The translations under genes were made by a program, and so were the position numbers. The notes below the pieces were generated by a model. That model was not told the origin of the DNA. It did no database searches and saw nothing but the letters and a program-made list of their open reading frames with translations. Shown piece by piece: positions 34,050 to 41,788 of a DNA stretch of 41,788 nt (positions are counted from its first letter, which is position 1; the number at the start of each line of letters is the position of its first letter). The stretch comes from Alphaproteobacteria bacterium (GTDB lineage Bacteria > Pseudomonadota > Alphaproteobacteria > Puniceispirillales > UBA1172): the NCBI GenBank assembly GCA_011522975.1, contig WTHX01000063.1, positions 1 through 41,788 on the forward strand, given 5' to 3'.

Positions 34050-35726
34050 ATGAGTTTCAAATCTGACATCGAAATCGCCCGCGAAGCGAATAAAAAACCC
34101 ATTCAGGAGATCGGCGCAAAGCTTGATATTCCGTATGAAGACCTGCTGCCTTTCGGCCATGATAAAGCCAAGGTTTCAGAAAACTTCATCAAAGCACAGG
34201 CTGGCAAGGAAGATGGTAAACTTATCCTTGTGACCGCCATCAACCCAACCCCTGCAGGGGAAGGTAAGACCACCACAACTGTTGGTCTGGGTGACGGTCT
34301 GAACCGCATTGGCAAAAAAGCCGCGATTTGTATTCGTGAAGCATCGCTTGGCCCATGCTTCGGGATGAAGGGCGGGGCCGCAGGCGGTGGTTACGCCCAG
34401 GTCGTGCCTATGGAAGATATGAACCTGCATTTCACAGGTGATTTCCACGCCATTACATCGGCCCATAACCTGTTGGCGGCGATGGTTGATAACCACATCT
34501 ATTGGGGCAATGAGCAAGAAATTGATATTCGCCGCATCGCTTATCGCCGTGTTATGGATATGAACGACCGTGCCCTGCGCCAGATCGTATGTAACCTTGG
34601 CGGTGTTGCCAATGGCTTCCCAAGAGAAGCCGGGTTCGACATCACCGTAGCATCAGAAGTCATGGCTATTCTTTGTTTGGCGACTGATCTGGCTGATCTG
34701 GAAAAGCGTTTGGGCGATATTATCGTTGCCTATCGCCGTGACCGCAGCCCTGTTTATTGCCGTGACATCAAAGCGGATGGCGCAATGACCGTATTGTTGC
34801 AACAGGCGATGCAGCCAAATTTGGTGCAAACATTGGAAAACAACCCTGCCTTTGTTCATGGCGGTCCATTTGCCAATATCGCCCATGGCTGTAATTCGGT
34901 TGTCGCGACAACAACAGCGTTGAAATTGGCTGATTATGTTGTGACCGAAGCAGGTTTCGGGGCTGACCTTGGGGCTGAAAAGTTCATGAACATCAAATGC
35001 CGCAAAGCAGGGCTTAAGCCTGATGCGGTGGTAATTGTTGCTACCGTCCGCGCTATGAAGATGAATGGCGGTGTCGCCAAGGCTGATCTGGGCGCAGAAA
35101 ATGTTGATGCTGTCATCAATGGCTGTCCAAACCTCGGCCGTCATATGGAAAACATCAAGAAATTTGGTGTCCCTGCGGTGGTGGCGATCAACCATTTTGT
35201 CACTGATACCGATGCTGAAGTTGAAGCGCTGATGAATTACGTCAAAGAACAAGGCGGTGAAGCGGTTCTATCAAAGCATTGGGCCATGGGCAGCGAAGGC
35301 ATTCAGCCATTGGCCGAAAAAGTTGTTGAGGTGATCGAAAGCACCCCATCAAACTTTGCCCCGCTTTACCCAAGCGAAATGCCATTGTTTGAAAAAATCG
35401 AAACCATTGCCAAAGAAATCTACCGTGCTGATGAAGTGATTGCTGATCAAAAAATCCGTGATCAACTGCGCCAGTGGGAAGACCAAGGTTATGGTGATTT
35501 GCCTGTTTGTATGGCGAAGACACAATACAGTTTCACCACCGACCCAAATCGCCGTGGTGCGCCTGTTGGCCATAGTCTGCCAGTGCGTGAAGTTCGTCTT
35601 TCCGCGGGGGCTGGTTTTATCGTGGTGATCTGCGGTGAAATTATGACCATGCCTGGTCTGCCAAAAGTGCCTTCTGCTGAATCAATTCACATCAATGATG
35701 ATGGGATGATCGAAGGCCTATTCTAA
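34050..35726 (+). CDS. fhs: Formate--tetrahydrofolate ligase
   Basis: [27 protein letters not shown]-loop, [28 protein letters not shown], 558 aa. Starts 3 nt after the upstream stop. Confidence 0.95.
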   Translation: MSFKSDIEIAREANKKPIQEIGAKLDIPYEDLLPFGHDKAKVSENFIKAQAGKEDGKLILVTAINPTPAGEGKTTTTVGLGDGLNRIGKKAAICIREASLGPCFGMKGGAAGGGYAQVVPMEDMNLHFTGDFHAITSAHNLLAAMVDNHIYWGNEQEIDIRRIAYRRVMDMNDRALRQIVCNLGGVANGFPREAGFDITVASEVMAILCLATDLADLEKRLGDIIVAYRRDRSPVYCRDIKADGAMTVLLQQAMQPNLVQTLENNPAFVHGGPFANIAHGCNSVVATTTALKLADYVVTEAGFGADLGAEKFMNIKCRKAGLKPDAVVIVATVRAMKMNGGVAKADLGAENVDAVINGCPNLGRHMENIKKFGVPAVVAINHFVTDTDAEVEALMNYVKEQGGEAVLSKHWAMGSEGIQPLAEKVVEVIESTPSNFAPLYPSEMPLFEKIETIAKEIYRADEVIADQKIRDQLRQWEDQGYGDLPVCMAKTQYSFTTDPNRRGAPVGHSLPVREVRLSAGAGFIVVICGEIMTMPGLPKVPSAESIHINDDGMIEGLF

Positions 35727-35735
35727 ACGGAGGAT

Positions 35736-36593
35736 ATGATGCAAAAGATTCTGGTGCCTGTTCGTGGCGATGGTAAAGGCGATAATGTCTTTGCTCATGC
35801 GGTTGCCTTGGCACGTCGGTCTGGTGCTCATATCCAAGTTACACATTGCCGCTCACGCCCTGAGGATATGATCCCTTATGGCGTGGCGGTTTCCCCTGTT
35901 TTAAAAGAGCAGATTATTGAACAATCTGTGAACCTCCTCAACAAACAAGAACAGGGGCTACGCGAAGAAATTCTTGCACTTGCCCAAGCCAATGGGGCGA
36001 TTTTGGCTGAGCCGTCTGATGATGATCATGTCACGGTTTCATTTATTGAAGAAGAAGGCCGCCAAATCGAAGTGATCCGTCACCATGGGCTGTTGTCTGA
36101 TATAACGGCTGTCGCCCAGCCTGATCTGGATCGTAATATCGGCACCAATACGTTGCAGGCGGCGCTGTTTAGCACCGGTCGCCCTGTCATGATGTGCCCA
36201 GAGGCCAAATCAAAAATTCCTGAAAATCTGGGGCAAAATATTGCCCTTGCTTGGGATGGTTCTGTTGAATCGTCTCGTGCGGTGATGCAAACATTAAGTT
36301 TGCTGAAATCAGCAGAACAGGTTACGATTATAACCAATACGACCGATACTATCAAAGTATCACCAGAAGAATTATCAGAGTTTTTGGCCATGCATGGTGT
36401 TCAAGCCAATATTGCAATTATCAGTAAATCATCAAATGTCAGCCGGTCAATTTTGGATCAAGCCGCTGCTATCGGTGCTGATATGTTGGTCTTGGGGGCT
36501 TATGGCAACAGTAAGAATTTAGAGCGGGTTGCAGGTGGGGTGACACAAGATGTTATCGATCATGCAACACTGCCCGTAGTTTTCGTCAACTGA
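35736..36593 (+). CDS. Tandem universal stress protein (UspA-family, two domains)
   Basis: ILVPVRGDG... N-terminal domain. The C-terminal domain ends with the USP ATP-binding-like LVLGAYGNSKNLERVAGGVTQDVIDHATLPVVFV. 9-nt gap after fhs. Confidence 0.8.
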   Translation: MMQKILVPVRGDGKGDNVFAHAVALARRSGAHIQVTHCRSRPEDMIPYGVAVSPVLKEQIIEQSVNLLNKQEQGLREEILALAQANGAILAEPSDDDHVTVSFIEEEGRQIEVIRHHGLLSDITAVAQPDLDRNIGTNTLQAALFSTGRPVMMCPEAKSKIPENLGQNIALAWDGSVESSRAVMQTLSLLKSAEQVTIITNTTDTIKVSPEELSEFLAMHGVQANIAIISKSSNVSRSILDQAAAIGADMLVLGAYGNSKNLERVAGGVTQDVIDHATLPVVFVN

Positions 36594-36666
36594 CGAAAAT
36601 GCTCGCAAGAGCACAAAAAAGCCATCGTTAAGAATGGCTAACAGAGGGGAAGGTTAAATTAGTATT

Positions 36667-36707
36667 TTGTAATATCTTTACAATTTTCTGATTTGCACTT
36701 TTTGCAA
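36667..36707. promoter_or_regulatory. Candidate operators upstream of tctC: TTGTAA-TATCT-TTACAA (36667-36683) and TTGCA-CTTTT-TGCAA (36693-36707)
   Basis: Inverted repeats read directly. The first shares the TTGTAA-N5-TTACAA core with the palindrome at 25480-25498. Confidence 0.4.
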
Positions 36708-36820
36708 TGCCATCTCCGTCTGTTAAAACTATGTTCTTTTTTGAACGTAGGTTTCAAGCCGCAAGAAGCGGTGTAACGAGAAGATGATCTCAATCATGGG
36801 ACGTCTTAAAGGAGGAGCAA

Positions 36821-37807
36821 ATGAATATGTTCAAATCAATGGCTATGGGTGTAGCCGGTATCGCTATGGCAACAGCAATGACTGTTGGTGTGGCGCAAGC
36901 AGATGGCCATGGATGGAAGCCAACCAAGCCGGTTGATTTCATCATTATGGCTGGTAAAGGCGGCGGTGCTGATAAAATGGCACGTCTTATGCAGTCGATT
37001 GTTGAAAAAGAAAATCTGTCCAATCGCCCGTTGGTGCCAACCAACAAATCAGGGGGGTCAGGTGCTGAAGCCTTGATCGCAGCGAAAGGGGCAAATGACC
37101 CAGATCACACCATTATGGTGACGCTGAATTCATTCTTCACAACACCGTTGCGTCAGCCAGGTATCGATGTTGATATCATGCAATTCGCGCCAGTTGGCCG
37201 TATGGCGGAAGACACCTTCCTGCTTTGGGTTCATAAAGATGAAGGCGTCAGCACTTTTGAGGAGTTTTTGGCAAAGGCCAAAGCCGATGGCAATAAGTGG
37301 GTCATGGGCGGTACAGGTAAGAACTCAGAAGATAACATTATCACGGACTACCTGAACAACAATTATGGTCTTGATATCAAGTACATTCCGTACAAGGGCG
37401 GCGGCGCTGTCGCGAAAGACCTTGCTGGTAAGCAGATCAGATCTTCGGTGAACAACCCTTCAGAAGCCCTTGGTTTCTATGAATCAGGTGATGTTATCGC
37501 GCTGGTGGCCTTTACGGATGAGCGTCTGCCGATGTTCCCAGATGTCCCAACCCTGAAAGAAAAGGGCGGTGACTTCAGCTACTTCATGCAGCGTGCGGTT
37601 GTAGGTGCGCCAGGCATGTCTGATGCTGCATTGGCTTATTACACTGACCTGTTTACCAAAGTGTACAATTCAGACGATTGGCAGAGCTATAAGTCGAAGA
37701 AGTCACTGATGGGTGATTTCTTGGCTGGTCAAGGGCTGCGTGATTACTGGACAACTCAGCGTGATCGTCATGAAACGATCTTGCGGGCTTCAGGCGCAAT
37801 TAAATAA
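36821..37807 (+). CDS. tctC: Tripartite tricarboxylate transporter (TTT) substrate-binding protein, TctC/Bug family
   Basis: Signal peptide ending AQA, KPVDFIIMAGKGGGADKMAR, NKSGGSG, YKGGG and size of about 328 aa are TctC-family features. GGAGGAG SD. Confidence 0.85.
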   Translation: MNMFKSMAMGVAGIAMATAMTVGVAQADGHGWKPTKPVDFIIMAGKGGGADKMARLMQSIVEKENLSNRPLVPTNKSGGSGAEALIAAKGANDPDHTIMVTLNSFFTTPLRQPGIDVDIMQFAPVGRMAEDTFLLWVHKDEGVSTFEEFLAKAKADGNKWVMGGTGKNSEDNIITDYLNNNYGLDIKYIPYKGGGAVAKDLAGKQIRSSVNNPSEALGFYESGDVIALVAFTDERLPMFPDVPTLKEKGGDFSYFMQRAVVGAPGMSDAALAYYTDLFTKVYNSDDWQSYKSKKSLMGDFLAGQGLRDYWTTQRDRHETILRASGAIK

Positions 37808-37838
37808 CAGAAAAAAATAGACGGGGGGGATTAACAAC

Positions 37839-38369
37839 ATGCGTCGTGCAGAAATTGTAACAGCAGTTTTATTGGGGATTTTCTCCGTCTATTTAATGTG
37901 GAAAAGCGGTGAGCCACCGTCATGGAACCCTGACGTGCCTCGATTTGCCAATATTGGCATGATCGAAGGTGAAGGCCCAGGCAGCGGATTTTGGCCATTC
38001 TGGCTATCAGCAGTGATGTTGATCTGTTGCATCTGGATCGGGGTGAATTGGTACAAACGGAAATCACCACCATCTCAATCTGAGGAGCCCTTTTTAGACA
38101 GTTACGGCAAGCGGATTTTACTGCTTGTTGGCGCTGGGCTCCTTGGGTTTCTGATCTTAATTCATATCATTGGATTCTATGGCGCCATGTTGGTCTTCAT
38201 GTTCTATTACATGCGCTTTTTAGGCCGTCACAGTTGGGCGCTGACATCCGCTGTTGGCGTTGGCCTTGTGGTCTTTAGTTTCTTTTTCTTTGACATCGCC
38301 ATGCGGATTGTTTTGCCCAAAGGGTATTTAGAACCTTTGTTCATTCCGCTTTATGACATTTTTCTATAA
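37839..38369 (+). CDS. tctB: TTT small membrane subunit TctB
   Basis: About 175 aa, four hydrophobic helices, GPGSGFWPFWL motif, and position between tctC and tctA. Confidence 0.8.
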   Translation: MRRAEIVTAVLLGIFSVYLMWKSGEPPSWNPDVPRFANIGMIEGEGPGSGFWPFWLSAVMLICCIWIGVNWYKRKSPPSQSEEPFLDSYGKRILLLVGAGLLGFLILIHIIGFYGAMLVFMFYYMRFLGRHSWALTSAVGVGLVVFSFFFFDIAMRIVLPKGYLEPLFIPLYDIFL

Positions 38370-38391
38370 GCACGATTGGGGGGATTAAATC

Positions 38392-39921
38392 ATGGATATT
38401 ATCGTCGCATTATTTAACGGAATTCTGATCGCGCTTGAGCCTATTAACCTTGGGCTTGCGGTAATCGGCGTTATTGTCGGTCTGTTTGTTGGCGCAATGC
38501 CAGGGTTGGGATCTGTGAACGGTGTTGCCATCTTATTGCCGTTTACCTTTGTGATTCAAAGTTTCACAGGCGGGGCGACATCACCGATGATCTTCTTGGC
38601 CGCGATTTATTATGGGGCCATGTATGGCGGGGCGATCTCGTCAATCACCTTAGGCATACCCGGGGCATCAACGGCGGTTGCCACAACCTTTGATGGCCGC
38701 CCGCTTGCCATGAAAGGCATGGCTCATATCGCCTTGGTGGCAGCGGCTTTGGCGTCATTCATTGGCGGGACAGTTTCTAATGTCTTGTTCACCGCTTTTG
38801 CACCATTGCTGGCTTCTGTTGCTCTATCATTCGGCAATCCAGAGATTTTTGCCTTGATGCTGCTGGCCTTTGCGACTTTTGTCGGGCTTGGCGGTGATGA
38901 CATTCCGAAGACAATTTTCTCCATCTGTTTCGGCCTTGTTTTGGCGACGGTTGGTTTTGATATTGTCTCTGGTGAACCACGTTTGATCTTCTTTGATATC
39001 ACAGGCTTTACCCATGGTATTCGCTTCCTTGTCTTGGCGATTGGTGTTTACGGGATTGGTGAGATGATCTGGACCATCAACACCTCACGCTATGGCAATT
39101 CCATGTCAAAAGTGGATGTGTCATGGAAAAGCATGGTCGATGCCATGAAGAGTTTCCGTGAGGCATGGCGCGGGACATTGATCGGCTCTTTGCTGGGTTT
39201 CTTTGTCGGGATTCTGCCTGCCGCTGGTGCAACGCCGGGGTCATTGATGTCCTATGGCGTCACCAAGATGTTGTCGAAAAACCCAAAAGAATATGGGGAA
39301 GGCGCGATTGACGGTGTTGCCGCCCCCGAAGCGGCGAATAATTCTGCCTCAACAGGCGCGATGTTGCCGATGATGACTTTGGGGATTCCAGGGTCACCCA
39401 CCACGGCTGTTTTGCTGGCAGGGATGGTGATCTGGGGGCTTCAGCCAGGGCCGTTGCTGTTTAGCGATCAGCCTGAATTTGTTTGGCCATTAATCGGGTC
39501 ATTCTATATTTCAAACCTTGTGGCGGTATTGGTGAATTTGGCCTTTATTCCTGTCTTCCTATGGATGCTGAGGATGCCGTTTACTATTTTGGCACCATTG
39601 ATTTTCGTTCTGTCATTGGTGGGCACTTATGCCGCCTATCTGGATATGTTTGATGTTTGGCTGATGGTGATTGTCGGTGTTGGGGCGTTCTTCTTACGCA
39701 TCCTTGATTACCCTGTGGCACCAGCGGTATTGGCGATTGTATTGGGCCCGATCGCAGAGCCTAAATTGCGCCAATCCTTGTTGCTATCAGATGGTGATTT
39801 TAGCATCTTCTTCACAAGACCGATTGCAGGACCGATCACGGTGATCGCGATTATCCTGATCTTATTGCCGCTGTTAAAGGTGATCCGCGATAAGATTAAG
39901 GGCAAACCTCAAGAGGCATAA
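38392..39921 (+). CDS. tctA: TTT large membrane subunit TctA
   Basis: About 509 aa polytopic protein. GAMPGLGSVNGVAILLPFTF, GGAISSITLGIPG, ILPAAGATPGSLMSYG and APEAANNSASTGAMLPMMTLGIPGS are TctA hallmarks. Confidence 0.9.
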   Translation: MDIIVALFNGILIALEPINLGLAVIGVIVGLFVGAMPGLGSVNGVAILLPFTFVIQSFTGGATSPMIFLAAIYYGAMYGGAISSITLGIPGASTAVATTFDGRPLAMKGMAHIALVAAALASFIGGTVSNVLFTAFAPLLASVALSFGNPEIFALMLLAFATFVGLGGDDIPKTIFSICFGLVLATVGFDIVSGEPRLIFFDITGFTHGIRFLVLAIGVYGIGEMIWTINTSRYGNSMSKVDVSWKSMVDAMKSFREAWRGTLIGSLLGFFVGILPAAGATPGSLMSYGVTKMLSKNPKEYGEGAIDGVAAPEAANNSASTGAMLPMMTLGIPGSPTTAVLLAGMVIWGLQPGPLLFSDQPEFVWPLIGSFYISNLVAVLVNLAFIPVFLWMLRMPFTILAPLIFVLSLVGTYAAYLDMFDVWLMVIVGVGAFFLRILDYPVAPAVLAIVLGPIAEPKLRQSLLLSDGDFSIFFTRPIAGPITVIAIILILLPLLKVIRDKIKGKPQEA

Positions 39922-39924
39922 ATG

Positions 39925-39950
39925 AAATCGGGGCTTCGGCCCCGATTTTT
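39925..39950 (+). terminator. Rho-independent terminator immediately after tctA
   Basis: AAATCGGGGC-TTCG-GCCCCGATTT followed by TT. 10-bp stem with a UUCG tetraloop. It lies inside the ORF-track N-terminal extension of the next ORF. Confidence 0.8.
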
Positions 39951-39963
39951 AATAAGGGTGCAA

Positions 39964-41760
39964 ATGACCCCCGATAAAGACCTTAAAAAAGCAACAGTTA
40001 ACAACAAGCATGATGCTTGGAATCCTGGTCTTGAATCAATAATACCGCCGCATCTTAACAACCTCATTACATTGTTCAACGAGGGCAATGCTTTTGCATC
40101 TTATCAAAACACCCAAGAGGCTGTGCATTTAACAGGTCTTTCCATGGCACGGCTGGCGGATTTGAATTTTGAGCGCATGGCGGTGCATGAATTGCTGATC
40201 AGGGTGACGGCAGAATTATCCGTCCCCGATGGCCCTAGCTATGAATATTTGGGGCTGCAACTGCGCGGCATGGTTGAAACCATCCACCAGCAATATCTGA
40301 AACCTGAATTGTCGGCTCTTAATCAAGCCTATGATGGGTTCAGGGCAGATGCCAAAAAAAATCTGTTATCAATTCTTGCCGGCGAAATTCAAGCCAATCC
40401 CAATCAAGATGCAAAACAAAACAAAGGCTGGCTTGGCTGGCTGAAACCTAAGAAGGCAGAGAAAAGGACGGCATCTACCCTGTCGCGTGATCAGGCTGAC
40501 CTGAATAAAATACAAGACTGGACGAATGCCGCCCATGGGGAATCTGACCCAAACCGATCAGCGCAATTGGCGGCATTGGCCGAAATAGGCCGCGGCATCC
40601 TAGGCCAAAGAGGGCGCTTGTCGCCCGACCATGATTTAATGGCAGATTTAGCCTTGCGGCTTTATTGCCAAGATTACGGCACACTGGAAGTCAGGCGGCT
40701 GGTCGCGCCTATATTTGATAAGGCAGTAGCGGCAGAAGGCTATCGAGTCTTGCCGAACCAAACAAAACGCATTGTGATGAACACCAAAGGCGCATCTGCC
40801 GCCGGCAAAAGCACCATCCGCCCCCATCAACGAAAATTGGCCAAACGGTTGGGCATCCCTTGGAAAGACTTTGCCTTGATCAGTCCTGATTATTGGCGGA
40901 AATACCTGATTGATTATGATGGTTTGGGGGATGATTACAAATATGCCGCCATGTTAACAGGCATGGAATTGGCGGTCATTGACCAGAAACTTGACCGCCT
41001 GATGGCTGAAAAAGCCAAGCGCAATGATATGCCCCATATGTTGATTGACCGCTTCCGTTTTGACAGTTTTATGGTCAGTGATGACGGTGAATATGAAAGC
41101 CGATTGCTGACAAGATTTGGCGATATGGTCTATTTGTTTTTTGTTGTGACCCCGCCACATGAAACGGTGGAACGGGCGTGGCAGCGCGGCTTGACAACAC
41201 AACGTTATAAAGCGGTTGATGATCTGCTTTACCATAATATCGAAGCCTATAAAGGCATGCCTGAATTGTTTTTTTCATGGACTGCCGTGGGCAATAAAAC
41301 CGTTCATTATGAATTCTTAGATAACGACGTCCCCCTTGGTGAAGACCCCCGTACCATCGCTTTTGGAGAAAACGCCGCCATGACGATTCTTGACCCCAAA
41401 GCCATGGATAAGATTGATCGGTTTCGCCATGTCAATATTCACGCCAAGAGGGCGGATGATGTTTTGGAAGAAACCCCCGATCATGATTACGGATTTTTGC
41501 GCCAATGCATCACCATGATGGCGTCGATTACTTGGGCTGATCACGCCACAGGATCAGTCTGGGGGGAGATGAAAAACAGCAAATGGCAAACCACAGACAG
41601 TGATGTTTTGCCCGATGGCTTGAACGATGATCTGGCCAATGATCAGGCCTTTCAAAATGCGTTGAATTGGCCGCTGGACCAAGGCTTGCCAAAACCTGAA
41701 CATCAAATCAATTTGACCGAAGAAAAATTAAAAACAATTGGGCGTTGGGCGGATCAATAA
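39964..41760 (+). CDS. Large hypothetical protein with a central/C-terminal zeta-toxin-like P-loop kinase domain
   Basis: Walker A MNTKGASAAGKST, downstream hydrophobic-Asp strand MLIDRFRFD, and VVTPPHETVERAWQRG, reminiscent of the zeta-toxin/AAA_33 phosphotransferase fold. The N-terminal region of about 270 aa has no motif I recognise. I start it at ATG 39964 (AAGGGTG upstream), which places the terminator hairpin outside the CDS. Confidence 0.6.
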   Translation: MTPDKDLKKATVNNKHDAWNPGLESIIPPHLNNLITLFNEGNAFASYQNTQEAVHLTGLSMARLADLNFERMAVHELLIRVTAELSVPDGPSYEYLGLQLRGMVETIHQQYLKPELSALNQAYDGFRADAKKNLLSILAGEIQANPNQDAKQNKGWLGWLKPKKAEKRTASTLSRDQADLNKIQDWTNAAHGESDPNRSAQLAALAEIGRGILGQRGRLSPDHDLMADLALRLYCQDYGTLEVRRLVAPIFDKAVAAEGYRVLPNQTKRIVMNTKGASAAGKSTIRPHQRKLAKRLGIPWKDFALISPDYWRKYLIDYDGLGDDYKYAAMLTGMELAVIDQKLDRLMAEKAKRNDMPHMLIDRFRFDSFMVSDDGEYESRLLTRFGDMVYLFFVVTPPHETVERAWQRGLTTQRYKAVDDLLYHNIEAYKGMPELFFSWTAVGNKTVHYEFLDNDVPLGEDPRTIAFGENAAMTILDPKAMDKIDRFRHVNIHAKRADDVLEETPDHDYGFLRQCITMMASITWADHATGSVWGEMKNSKWQTTDSDVLPDGLNDDLANDQAFQNALNWPLDQGLPKPEHQINLTEEKLKTIGRWADQ

Positions 41761-41788
41761 ACCGCTCCCATTATCGCTTATTCAGTGA

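Noticed and set aside
34653-35252. 199-aa minus-strand ORF
   Set aside because: It is antisense to fhs (formate-THF ligase). It is a shadow ORF with no motif.
36693-36707. Sigma-54 promoter look-alike TTGCAC-N5-TGCAA upstream of tctC
   Set aside because: The -24 GG is TG, and the GG-to-GC spacing is one nucleotide short of the TGGCAC-N5-TTGCA consensus. It is better described as an inverted repeat.
39922-39963. N-terminal extension (MKSGLRPRFLIRVQ) of the last ORF given in the ORF track
   Set aside because: These codons are the tctA terminator hairpin itself (AAATCGGGGC-TTCG-GCCCCGATTT). The ATG at 39964 has its own SD.
1-41788. Search for mobile elements, CRISPR arrays, tRNA/rRNA genes, phage or defence-system genes
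   Set aside because: I recognised no transposase, integrase or recombinase motifs, no regularly spaced repeat array, and no tRNA-like or rRNA-like sequence. The only repeats are short operator-like palindromes and the heptamer array. A tRNAscan/Infernal run would be needed for certainty.

Overview
This is a 41.8-kb, densely packed chromosomal segment, most likely from an alphaproteobacterium. That origin is an inference from how closely the SucC/SucD, SgaA-like, Oxc/Frc and TctCBA proteins match alphaproteobacterial or reference sequences I recall. I call about 39 protein genes. Many are joined by ATGA start/stop overlaps. By eye I saw no rRNA, tRNA, CRISPR array, transposase or integrase.

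The window falls into five parts.

(1) nt 1-18341: an accessory-looking catabolic island of unknown substrate. It has a divergent amidohydrolase/SnoaL gene pair and a long plus-strand operon. The operon carries a CUT1-type ABC importer, an internal LacI regulator, three more SnoaL/NTF2-like genes (seven such domains across four genes in total), a histidinol-dehydrogenase-family enzyme, a bicupin, a MetE-like Zn enzyme, an alpha/beta hydrolase, an RraA-like aldolase, an atypical Asp/Glu-racemase-superfamily protein, and sulfotransferase-like and FrhB-like proteins.

(2) nt 18355-21391: a cobalamin riboswitch, then a 59-codon membrane ORF absent from the ORF track, then a ZnuCBA/TroA-type metal ABC importer. 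I read this as a candidate B12-controlled cobalt uptake system and rate it the most novel element in the window.

(3) nt 21421-28964: C2/central metabolism. Genes are a serine-glyoxylate aminotransferase, a divergent RamB/PrpR-type regulator, a quinone oxidoreductase, a ketopantoate-reductase-like enzyme, and sucCD.

(4) nt 29180-39950: a GntR-coupled oxalate operon, gntR-oxc-frc-(FDH-N-terminal-like formyltransferase)-fhs-usp, followed by tctCBA.

(5) nt 39964-41760: an orphan protein of about 600 aa with a zeta-toxin-like P-loop.

All family assignments rest on motif recognition by eye. No HMM, BLAST or covariance search was run.
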